Of a stretch of DNA of 64,000 bases, positions 39,105 to 51,413 are shown piece by piece (position 1 is the first letter of the stretch; each line of letters begins with the position of its first letter). The DNA comes from Thalia democratica. Taxonomy: Eukaryota. The stretch is taken from NCBI GenBank assembly GCA_965202585.1, contig OZ241828.1:62806001-62870000 (forward strand), in the 5' to 3' direction. Position numbers and translations under genes: made by a program. The notes beneath the pieces were generated by a model that saw only the letters and a program-made list of their open reading frames with translations, did not search any database and was not told where the DNA came from.

Positions 39105-41294
39105 AGTATGAAGTTTATAGTTATAGTACTTTTATATATTATAAAATTTTGTATGTCAGACTATTTTGTTCTACTTAGTTTTTATAACTTTATATTTTTT
39201 GTTGTAATTTTACCAATTTATGTTGGTTTACAATAAAACGATTTTTGTCGATTGCTTCTTTTATAGTTTCTTAAAATTTAATATCTTTAGATTCTCAATA
39301 AATTTGAAGTTAATACGAACAAAAGTTGTTTACAATTCTTTCAGTTGTTGTATTTTGCAATAGATAAGTCCATTAATAACCATAAAACTAAAGAACATAC
39401 AAAAATAGTTTTTAGAGACAATCAAACTACTAAACACTCGTATATAAAATTAAATAGTTTAAAACAATTTGGTTATGCTCCTGAGCTTCAAAACACAAAA
39501 GTGATTAGTTTGGACAGAAAAGTCTAATATAACTTATTGTAGGATTGTCTTATATTTGTTAAAATTAAAATTGCCTTATTTCTTTCTTGTTTTTTTAATC
39601 AAAGTTTCAGTTTAAACTGTATTGAATATAAAAATAAGTTCTATTAACATAAAATGAAGAAAAAATTAAACAAATACATGATTTCATTTGTCTTTTTATA
39701 AAAGCACGACACGTTCTACAATTTAACTGATTTAATTAATATTAGCAATTAAACATTATTTAAACATAAGATAGTATTGTTTATTGAACGGTAAAAAATA
39801 ACGCTCAAAATGTTTGGTCTAAGGAACCTTTCGGTTATCGAGTTGTACACCACATAATTACAAAATTTCTTACGAGCTATTAGATTCTTTTTTTTTATCA
39901 TTTGAATTTTTTAGGCTTTTGTAATAAAACAATCAGTTAAAAGAAATAAAAGAAAAAAAATTGTTTAGAAGTATATGTACTAAAAAATAGATATAACGTT
40001 CAATCAACTAATAAAAGAAAATACTTTTAAACAATACTTTTAGGCAACCACTTGAATACTTGAATGATAGGTTACAACCTTTTTAAAGAAAGCAAAAATG
40101 TATTATGCTAAAACATTGTTACGTTTATTTTTGTCAGTATATTGTGCTAAAAATGTTATTTTTATTTTATCTAATAATTTCATATGAACAGTAAAAATAA
40201 TTTTATTTTTGTATAGATAAATATACTACCTCATAATTTTTTAATAACTTTAAAGAAGTGAATTCTACTTTAACTGAACTTAAATTTTATAAATTTAGAT
40301 AAAAAGTTAAGTAATGTTGAGTTTATGCTTTTAATATAAAAACAGAAAACAAAAAAATATACAATATTAGCAACAGCAAATTTCCTTCTGTTTCAAATAT
40401 ACTTTTTTATATTTTAAGTACTTGTCTAAGTCTAAAATTGATTTACTACTAGGCAAAAAATATTTATAAACATAAAAAGAAGTTTTTTTTTTCTTTTATT
40501 TTTGACTTTCTCAGAAAAAGAGATAGTGATAATTTTAAAGCGATGCTTAAAAAATATTAATTTAGAATGCTTACTTTCACTAAAGTTAAATATTACAGGT
40601 AAGTAGTATTTTATTTGTATCAATTTTAACTTTTTTCTATAGAAATAAAAACTTTAAATTTACTTGAGTACATTTATATTGAGTGGTCACGTATCTATTG
40701 TTTTAAGTTCTTTTAAACAATTAAAACATTAAACATGTATAAAAGTTTTAAAAATTGAATTTGTGTACTTGGGTTTACTTAATAGAAAATTTTTTAAATT
40801 TTTTTATTGTGTTTAAATTAAACATTTTAAATAATTTAACTAAAACTCTACTACAGTTTAAAATTGAAAATTTGTATTGAAATGTCTTTCTTAATAAAAC
40901 CTGAATATTGATAGTAACTTTACTAGTAACTATAACTTAAATGAACATTCCATAAAATTTTCAAAAAAGCTTGTAATCTAAGTAAAATACTTTTGATAAT
41001 CTGTTATATAACTATCATTTATACTACCTGATTAGAAAGCATATGTTTCAGGCTATATAAAACTTGATTACAAGCATAAATTTTAAAAGTTTTTTAGCAC
41101 AAAATAATAACCTGTTTTTAAAAACTAACTTAAAAAATGTTTTCGATTTCAGCTGAACACATTTAAATCTTAGTATATTTATGCTGTTAAAAAGTTTAAA
41201 ATAGTTGTATTTAAAACTATTTGCTTAAATTTTAATTTATTTTCAGTTGTAGTACTTACTGTTATTGCAAAAATATTGTTGTAAAAATAGAGAA

Positions 41295-42431
41295 ATTAGA
41301 TCTTCTTTCTCAAATCCTGAGAAAAACTTTGGACAGCAATTTCTTATTTCGTATAGGAGCAGATATTGTGAACAGGAAAATTTTGAAATTGCTGCGTTTT
41401 GTAGTGATTGCGATGGTGAAAATATCTATATTGATAAACCCGTCTTTCTGACCAATTTCGATACTAAAGACCATCTAACTAATTTGATGACAAACTGCAG
41501 CCAAAAAATCAGTTGCAAACCTCAAACATTGAAAAAAGAAATAATGCTAAAATCAATTGGTAATAATGGTAATTTAAAGTCTGTCGGTGTTGGTGGTAAC
41601 ATTTATTTGTTGTGTCAGCACCTTTTAGAAAAAATAAACTATAGTACTGGAAGTTATTACAATTTAACTTCTGTAAAAATGTTTCCTCCTGCAACTAAAT
41701 GTTGGAAAAATTTACCGGAAATATCTGATGAAAAAGGAAATTATTCTATATGTTCTTTTTTGCAAAAAATGTGTGTATTTGGAAAACTTTGCATGTTTTA
41801 TGACAAACACACTAATGAATGGAGACATATTGCATTAATGCTTGAAAGTAAAGAAGATACAGCTTGTACAGTTTTCGAAGGTAAAATTATTGTTTCAGGA
41901 GGTTTCAAAACAGTTCGAAGACGGATTACGACATATAGGGCTTTTCATTATTCCGTAGGAATAGACTTTGTAACCGAATGCTCGAATTTAGTAGAAGCTT
42001 ATGATCATCATGAAAACAAATGGACTTCTTTTCCTAGTATGCTATCACGAAGAACTAATCATTTGGCAGTTAGTATCGGTAACAAAATATTTAACTTTAA
42101 CCAAACTTTTAAAAGACGATAAACAGCACTAACAACAAACGTTTGAATACTTGAATTATTATAGATTACAACTTCTTTAAAGAAAGTAAAATTCAATACG
42201 CTGAATGTGTTACAATAGTTACTAGTAGTTTATATTACAATAGATACCATTAACATTTACATTGGAAATACATACAGTTAACATTGGAAATAAAATTTAC
42301 TTTTCAAAAAAGATAACAATAAGGTAAATGTTCACAGCTATGATGTCGAGAACAATATTTTTAGCTTCAAAACTTCGATGAAATCAGTAAAGTTCAAGAA
42401 AGTAAGCTATATTAGAATTTCAATGACCTAA
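41295..42431 (+). pseudogene. Intronless kelch-repeat gene, copy C
   Basis: Long open frame with several kelch repeats. ATT sits at the position of copy B's ATG. Coding sequence after GNKI (~42092-42270) is replaced by non-coding DNA. The 3' end has a 1-nt frameshift and ends ISMT-TAA. Confidence 0.85.
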
Positions 42432-45400
42432 AGTGTGAATTTTACCTTACCAGTACTTTAATGATATTTATAGTTTGGTTTCAATGATGGTTTATGTTTT
42501 TCTACTAAGTCTTTTATAACTATGTTTTCTTTTGTTAAATCTTACCTGTGTTTGTTATTATGCAGTAATTTTTTTTTTGTGATTGTTGATTATATAACTG
42601 TTTAGTTTTTTTAACGTCTTGTGAATACAAACTAAGATGGTTTATAGTTCTTTTAGTTTTTATATTTTGTTTAAGATAAGTTCATTTACCTTTAGAATAA
42701 AAAAAGTTACGATTGAGTTGATATTTAAAGACATTTAAACAACTATAATCTAATCGATTTGAAAAAGTTATTTATAAAATAGTAGTATATGTTCTTGAGT
42801 TGCCAAAGAAAACAGGTTAAAGTTGGGGTAAGAGGTGACATATGAAGTATATTTTTCAACGCATTATAACAAAAAATGTAAATTAATACTAAGCAGAAAC
42901 TAAAAACTAAGAACGAAACTAAAATTAACTTGAAAATTAGTACTAAAATGCTTCCTAGTACATATAATCACTTAATATCATGCAATATTAAAACAAAATT
43001 CAAGGGAAACTTATACAGTAACCTTCCTTTCGTGTTTTTACTTTTAACAAAACAAAAACTAATGGAAAGTGCGAACTTAAAAAAACACTTTTATACAAAA
43101 AGTTTTGTTCCTTTAAAAGTAAATCTCAAGAATGTTATGAAGGGATATGTTGTTACCTAAAGCCTAAAAAATCATTCATTTAAACAATATTTTTTATTGA
43201 AGCCCAAAAACATGTTTAACAACTAGTTCCTTATCTAAAATTATCGACCTAGGTCCTAGGCAGTCATTTTTTTTAGGTGATTAGTAAAATATTTAATTTT
43301 TAGAAACGATGTCTTCGAAGCGTAAAAATATGGGTTTTTTTTTTAACGTAAATCACACAAAAATATTCACTTAACTCAAAACTGACAATGCAGGAGAGCA
43401 CATTTCCTTACACACTTTTTATGACGTAACAGAAGACTTCAAAATCTTAACAAACATTTTTAGATCATTAAAACGAAAATTCTATATATTTTGACACATG
43501 TTTAACTAACTATATAATTTTAAGTCTTTAAGTTCAACTAACTTAGTGAATTTACTAAGTGAGGTTTTCTGAAACCTTATTTACTTCTCAGTTTCAGCTA
43601 TTAACCATGCGATACATAGCTTCGAAAATTTGAATAAAAATTTTTAGTTTTATAATACAAAAGATCAAAAGACCTGCTTATTTTCTTTCATTTTAAATGA
43701 GCTTAAAACTAGGGTTTAATGTAAAATTTGATACGTATATATATCCTTAAAATGTTTTATAAAGTAAAATATTACTTCTAGGCTTAACTGATACTAAATC
43801 AATATTAAATTTTCAAAAAACTTAAAGGTTTAATTTTTTCTTTATAAAATACGCAATACTTTAAAAGCTTAAGATCTATAAAAGTTTCATAATCTTTTTT
43901 TCAAATATTTAAAAACTAATGCAGCTTTAACTTTTTTCTTAAACAAAATACTACTGATTAGAAAATATTTCGTATGAAGCAAAAAACTTTTTATTAAGAC
44001 AAAAATAGTTATTAAAACTAAAAATTAATATTATAAAAACCCAGGACACTACTACTACTACTTTTTGCTTATCATATTTTTGGAAGATACGCAAATCAGT
44101 TTTGCTAGAGAACTTTTTTAAAACCTAGGACAAAGTTTTATATATTTTTATTACCGTTACTTGTTTTTAGTTATGTATCTAATTTTAATTATTTTTTAGT
44201 ACGCAATGAATATATTAATTGTGTGAATTATATATAATTTATTAAATTAACAGTTTATCTGAAATAACCAATAAGCTTTTGAGCAAAAAATTAATAAAAA
44301 ATAGTACTACTTGGTGTCTTAGTTAATAAAAAAGAACAGTCACTGCTTTAGTTTTTAAGCATGAAATAAAATATACAGATACTAAAGTAACTATTTTCAA
44401 GAAAATGTAATTAAGCAAAAAGAAAATCGTTTAAAATGGGCTTTAACTATAGGCAAATTAAATTTTAATATTATTTTCTAAGAACAGTTTTATTACTGGT
44501 TTAGCTGTTTCGTTTTTATTCACTAAAAAACTTGTATTTTAAAATCTTTTTTAATTTGAGTTAAAGTTGTTTTTAGAAAAATAAAAACAGTTTTAGAACA
44601 CTTTGACTGTATTTTCTAGATACACTTTATAACGATAAATATTAACACAAATAGTGCATCAGCTAAACAAATAGTTTTGTAGTTTTATTTTCATACTTCA
44701 TAAATTCACACGAATGCTCAAATATTCAAATAAGCATTCTTCAAAACAAAACTATCAATTTACGGAAGTTAAATGTATTTCACTCAAAACATAAAACTTA
44801 GTTTTAAATATTTTTGCAGATTCTTTAGGGTATAATTTCTATCAACACCGCCCACATCAAAAGAATAATAAAAATAATAAAATCTATAAATGTAGACACA
44901 ATTCTAACTTTTAATAATTTGACAGCAACCATTGCATATAAGGTTTAAAAGTTATTTAAATGTCATGTTAATAAGTTAAAAAATAACAAAATAATCTTAT
45001 ATGACTAATATGAACAGTTAAAATTTTGTTTTAGTTAAACAGCGACTTGAAAAACTTTATAGGATTGAAGAAATAATAAATAAATGTTTCAAAAATACAA
45101 CGTTTTTATAAGGTTTAAACAAAAGCTGTTGATATTCAATAATGAATTTTTTAAATAAAGTAAAACAATTACCAAACCAGATGTTTTACTTGTAATTTGC
45201 TATAATACATTAGTTCAACATTAATAGGACTGCAAGAAAAACAATAATAACTCTCTCAAAGAAGCTGTAATTTATAAAACAGTTTATTATTCTAAAAACA
45301 ACTGTGATGAATAAAAAACATTATTAGTATTGATTATCTATCGAATTAAGGGTAAGCTTTTGCTGTTGACTTAAAATATGTTTTGGTAAATAGACTTGAA

Positions 45401-46410
45401 GATAAGAACAAAAAAAAATAATTTGTCGATATTAATAAAGAAAAACATAGAAAAAAGTAATGTAGTCTAAATACACTTTCATCAACATTTTTTCTTTTCA
45501 AATTTTTTTAGAAATTTATAAAATACTTTATTTGTATGTCTAATTGAAAAGATTTGTTTTGTTACTGGTATTAACTAAGAAAAATAATATAAGTCACTCA
45601 TTAAAAAAAAATTATTTATTTCATTTAGCGTATCATCAGAATACGCTTGCTGAAAACTGATAAGATTATAGTTTAAATTTAGTTATATACAATGATTTTT
45701 AAATGTCTAGCTAAAAATAGCTAGTCATATAGAGTTAAGTGTAGAAACCTACCTGAAAGGTTTAAGTTATAGTTTAGTTATACTTTGCTGATTTAAATTT
45801 ATTTTTAAGACGAAATTTTCTGAAATCATCATAAAATGGTTTGACCTCTTTTAAATAAATAACAAAAAAAGATAGTTAGTTAATAAACTTTGTTATACTA
45901 CAACACTTAGTTGACTAGTTACTTTATGACTTTTCCTTTATGAACTATGTTATAATTTTTAAAGTTATCGACAATGTGAAACAAAAAATTAAAATTTTCT
46001 AAATTTTTAAGCAGTATTAATTAAATGTTTCATTTTTTCACTATTTAATTGTTAAAATAGATGTTGGTTCAGTTATTTGAGAACGATTTGAAAATTTTAT
46101 TCTAAAAAATGAATAAACATTTTTGTATAAAACTAGTAGCCAAACATAAAAATGTAGTCTAATCTTTTTATCTTGTATTAGTCAACAAATTATCCATTTC
46201 ATAACTATTCAAAATAAAAAAGAGAATATTTTTTAGCCAGTTTTTTTGATATGAGTACATTAAATAAATATATTTTATAAACTTAAAAATGAGTTGGCAC
46301 AAATAAAGTAACTAAAAATTTTTACGAACAAAAACACTTTTTTACGGCTTTAACATTTCAGTAATACTTGCGGTTACGTTTTTTACAATTGCAGATTTAA
46401 CAACAAAAAA

Positions 46411-47442
46411 ATGACTTTCACTATGTTCACATCAAACATAAAACTGTTAACAACTGTGTTAATGGTCACTGTTATTAACTCGTTTGAACTTCAGCAAGGG
46501 GGTAATGACATTCTGTTGAACAAGTTTGACAATTTGACTCAACTCGAAAGTGTGCATCAAAGTGATAATATCAAGCCGGTTGCTCCTCACAAAACTTATA
46601 GGTTCAAATGTAGGTGAGCTGCAGTTTTTTAAGTTTTTTTTTAAACTAATGAGTTTAATCAAAACATAATGTTGGTTATAAAGTTGTTTCGCTAAAATTT
46701 CAAATAGTTTTTACTGATTGTTTGAAATAATAAATATGTTTTTAAGTAAAGTTTTTTTGTGATTGATACTAAAAACTTTTATTAGCTTTTTATTTGTACT
46801 TAAATGTTTATTATATAACCTACTTGTAGTTAAGTTAAAACAACTGAATTAACACTTCTTTTATTAAAACTTTCTTAAAAATTTGTATTAATATTGAATC
46901 AATGAGTTACAGAAACCTAGAGGTTAGCTTTGTTGAAGTGAAAGATTGTGTTGGAAAATGTTACAACCCGAATACATGCCGTGTGTTCAAGGTAACCTTT
47001 TTTTGATTTCATCAGACGTTTTACTAAAACTCTGCTAACAAATGTTATTTTAGTAATAAGACTTTAAAACAAGTGAATCATAAACTTTTTAAAATTGTTT
47101 TTTACAGCTAAAACCAAAAATAAAATAATTGGTGTTGTATATGGAAAACAATCAAGTTTTTTAATTATAAAAAATGTATATACATAAAGTATATATAGAA
47201 ATCATAATAAAGCTCTAAGTGAGTAAAACCAAGTTGTAAATTAACAAATTTTATAGAAGTTCAAAAACACTCCGATATGGAAGTATGCCACCTTCAAAAC
47301 ACTAGATGGCGGTAAAGAGACGTTTCGCATTCCAGATGCTTGCCACTGCACAGTGACGTCACAACAAAGTGGAAGTTCATACGATGAGTGCGTCAGCAAG
47401 CGGGGAGAAATATTTAAAATGATGATGATTTTTAAATTTTGA
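46411..47442 (+). CDS. Secreted minimal cystine-knot protein (155 aa), family unassigned
   Basis: Exons 46411-46613, 46913-46991 and 47257-47442 join through phase-compatible GT-AG introns with no internal stops. There is an N-terminal hydrophobic signal (KLLTTVLMVTVINS). Cys pattern: FKC-x12-CVGKC-x5-C-x32-CHC, plus one extra Cys. Confidence 0.8.
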
Positions 47443-50007
47443 TTTCGGATTTATTGTTTATTATGTTTTGAATTAAAAATTCAAGCAGTTTTATGTTTTG
47501 ATCATAAAACGCTTATGTCCGGTTTATCTTTAAAGCCTTGATGAAATTTAAAAGCCATTTCTTTTTAAAGCTCGGACACTCGTCTTCTTCTTCTATTTAA
47601 CAACTTTTTCTTGCCTTTTTGTTAAATTCTATTTTTAATTATTTAATGAAATACAAGTTTAGCGGAGATTATAAATTATTTCATGATTTTAAAATTTTTG
47701 TTTTAGCGGTAAAACATATTTATTTTAAAATAAAACGATGCTATTAAGTTTTTTGTTGTTGCTGTTGTTGAACTTTTCAATTCTAGAAATAATGATTCTG
47801 GTATTTTGCTGACGTTATTTTTTATTGCTTTTCGATTTAATAATTTAGTAGATTTTTATTTAGGTAATGAAGTGATTATGTTTAGTTTGTTAGAGTATTT
47901 AAAGACTTTTAAACTCGTAACTACTTATTACCAAAACAGGATTTTCTAGTTTTTGTATTTAATAATTTTTCTTTTTATTTCTGTCGACAGTTTTTCTTTA
48001 AATATTTTGTTTAGAGTAAAAAAAACGTTTGAATGTAAAAATTGGCTTGTTAAGAAAATTAAGGACACTAAATTTGCTAACTACCTAATACATATTCTTA
48101 TTTTGCTTTGTTATTAGTTTAATAACTTTAATGATAATTAAAAACTAATAAAAAAACTAACTTCAATGAAGTGTTAAATTTTTAACACTTAAAAACATAG
48201 TTTGAAATACAAAAAAGAGTATAAATAACTATTTAAAAAAATCAAATTTTATTGTTTTTTTCTTTTTTACATAAAAATTTTAAGGGTAAATTTTAGGGTT
48301 AATTATAAAAAACACATAGTTTTTTTTGTCCGAAACTAAATTTATATATAAACATCTAACAACGTCTAGTACATTAATGTGTATGTGAAACACAAAGTTT
48401 TAGTACTTATCTTTGGAGTTTTTGCAAATAAACTATATTCACTTCAGAAAAGTATGATTAGTATGAGATATTCACTTAATAACAAAAGTTGTACCCAAAA
48501 ATATTATATTTAAGCTTTTCTAAATTGTTAAAAAATAAAAAATAATTCATTAATGAATTACAAATAATAAATGCATTTCACGGTAAAAGTAATTTGATTT
48601 TTATTTTAGTTTAGCTTAACATTAATATTTTATTTTTTTTTTAATAAACTTAGATTTAGGAGACGTTTAATGTTTTATAAAATTATAAACTATACTGTGT
48701 ATTAAGTTTAAAAAAAATACGGCTTCGGTTTAAATAAAACTTATATTTAGTTCTGCTTGTTTTGTGTTAAACGTTAACATTTTTTTATTCAGGTTTAGAG
48801 ACTTTCTTTTTAGACAAGTTTAAATAATAATGAAAGGTATACATTTTATAACACGCTTAAACTTGTAATTAAATCATATTTCAATAAAAGGAAGGCAAAA
48901 TTTGATTAAAAAAACAAATAGTTTAATAAGTCAACCTGTTTTTTATTTGTTGCTAAAAAACTTAAATTTTTTGTTAGAAAATTGTACGTAAAGTTTTATG
49001 TTTGAAATGTTTAATAGTGCTATATAAGTACAATAGTAATTATTTATTTAAAGTAATTTTAAAAACTTACATTAGTTTAATGAACTGTTGTTAAGCTTAA
49101 TATTTTCAATTAACAGCAAAACTTAATGTTGCTAAATCAAGCACCCACAACAGATTTTAACCTTTGTTGATATAATTTACTCATTTATCATAATTTTGTA
49201 ACAAAAACTCTACAAACTTAAGTTACTATTCTCTTTTAAATAACTTACTTTAAAGTTCAACTTGAAATCTTTAAACAATAAAGCTTCTTTGTAACGAAAC
49301 TGTATACTACGAAAAATTTAACAAACCAGATTATTTAAATACATTCAATTTTATTGAGATTGTTATCTATAATCTTGGCTTATTTCAACGTTTTTACTAA
49401 ATTATAGCCATTATTTATGTAATCTATTTAAAACATTTTATGCATACAACAGAATTTTAGAGTTTAATTTTTTTTTAAATTTTAAATAAATAAAAGCTTG
49501 AAACCTTTTTTATTTACAACTCAAAACAAAACTAAAAATTTTACGTTTAATTAAAAAAACCACTGTAGTTTATTTTATATAGTGAAAAGGTAGTTGATAC
49601 ACTAATAATATAATTGTTTAGTAACAAAACAATTTTTTATTATACAAAGCTCTCTAAGTTTTATAGATTTGTTAAATAAATGCTTTTTTAGTCAATACAG
49701 TGTGTTTTGAAAGCTTAGTTTGTAAATAAAAACGTTAACTGCTCATTAATAAAAAATAAGGTATTAATTTTTTTTTAATATTTTAAACTTTTTAAGAAAC
49801 GATACGTACAGATATAAAGTTACTTCTTTTACAAATTGAAACTAAATTTACAGATTTGTTATTTTTTGCTGAGTTAAAAAAAATAATTACCCTTGTAAAC
49901 TTAAACAACAGTTAAAACAAAAACAAAAGCCAGAATCTATTGTGCTCATTAAAAGTAAAATTATACTCAAAACAAACTAATCAAGTCTTTATGACGTCAC
50001 TAAAACG

Positions 50008-51413
50008 TTAGTTGACACACGCTACGTTGAAGACGGCCACCGCAAAAAAGCTCATTAGAAAGTTGACACCAAATGTTCTTCCACCGCAGCTGGCTGGGAT
50101 GTTTTTGTCCTTCAAATCATTGCACTTGTCGGTCGTGCAACAGTGAGCTTTGACGTCACTGCATTGTAACAAAAAAAAATATTATTTTCTGTTTACATTT
50201 GAACTTTTGAACATTTGTTGCGTTAATATTCTACGGCAACTTCATTTGGAAGCTATGCTTGAAACTACAGTGCTAGTTAAACACAACTTGTTCACTATAA
50301 GTTTAACTTTGAATATCATGTTTTTAATTTTAATAGGTTTGTAACTTTTTAAATTTGTTCACACCAAAATTATTTTAAACAATGATCATCCTAGATGTTT
50401 GATTGAAAAATAGACTTTGCAAATCAATTTTTAAAACACTTTTTAAAACTTTAACAAAACTGAAAAATTATCAGTTTCTTATTCTATAAAAGTTTCACTT
50501 AAACAAATTGTATTTTTTTTAATGCTTAAAACTAACTTCATTTATTTTTAATAAAAAACTAGAAAACATCGTACAGCATGTTTGCAAGGTAAGAAAAAGT
50601 TATTTAAACCAATAAAAGTAGTATAAATTAACAACTATCAGCTCACCCCTTGCTCACTTGAAATTTGTTACCTGCAACCTGGAACAATACGCCTGCATTA
50701 AACTTTCTCTGTACTTCAGTAACGTTCCCATAATGCAAATCGCAAAACATCTGGCAGCTCATATACGTCACGTCTTTTACTGTGAAGCAAATTAAAACGC
50801 TCAAAATTTTACTGTAAAACAAAGGGTCATTTTTAACTTGTGTGTTGATGAGCACTAGAATAATACTGTGAATAAATCACAATGTTAAGTACATTGTTAA
50901 ATTTTTGTAATTTTTATTTTCTTAACTAATAAGCCTTACTAGTTTACTTGCTTTACTATTCGTGACATATAAAGGCTAATTTTTAAACATAATTTCCTAC
51001 AAATATTGTAAAAAACTTATACTTTGAACTTTTTGAATAAACTTCGTTAATAAACAAAATTATAAAATAGCTTTCCTAGATTATTTTTATCTATAAAGTG
51101 ATAAATGTAGCGTGATTTATTTTTATGACACGCAATAAATAAATTAAAATAAATTTTACTACGGTTTATCCACAATAATATGCCACAAACTTTTTGTTCC
51201 GTTTAGTTCCATTTCTTCCATTTCCAACCGCAAGCATTTGTGTCCGATCCCTGTTGAGGAATCGCAAGCCACCTCTGTAAGACCACCAGATTTCCACGCC
51301 TCGATTTCCGGCATGAACCCGCTAGAATGACCAATTTTGTAGCCCACTTTACACTGAAATTGCGCAGCGATGGTTTGCGCTATGAGTAGCAGACAGAGTC
51401 TTTTGCAACTCAT
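50008..51413 (-). CDS. GPI-anchored Ly6/uPAR (three-finger) domain protein, 168 aa
   Basis: Exons 51413-51191, 50779-50647 and 50158-50008 are phase-compatible. Signal peptide MSCKRLCLLLIAQTIAA, an 8-Cys domain ending CCTTDKCN, and a GPI-like tail ASCGGRTFGVNFLMSFFAVAVFNVACVN*. Confidence 0.88.

Larger units (their letters stand above)
36500..42950 (+). repeat. Tandem segmental duplication units (~3 kb) each carrying a kelch gene
   Basis: Non-coding blocks at 36660-37500 recur at 39550-39900 and 40600-40990. The 3' flanks after copies A, B and C are homologous. 42730-42930 matches 33900-34110. Confidence 0.8.
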
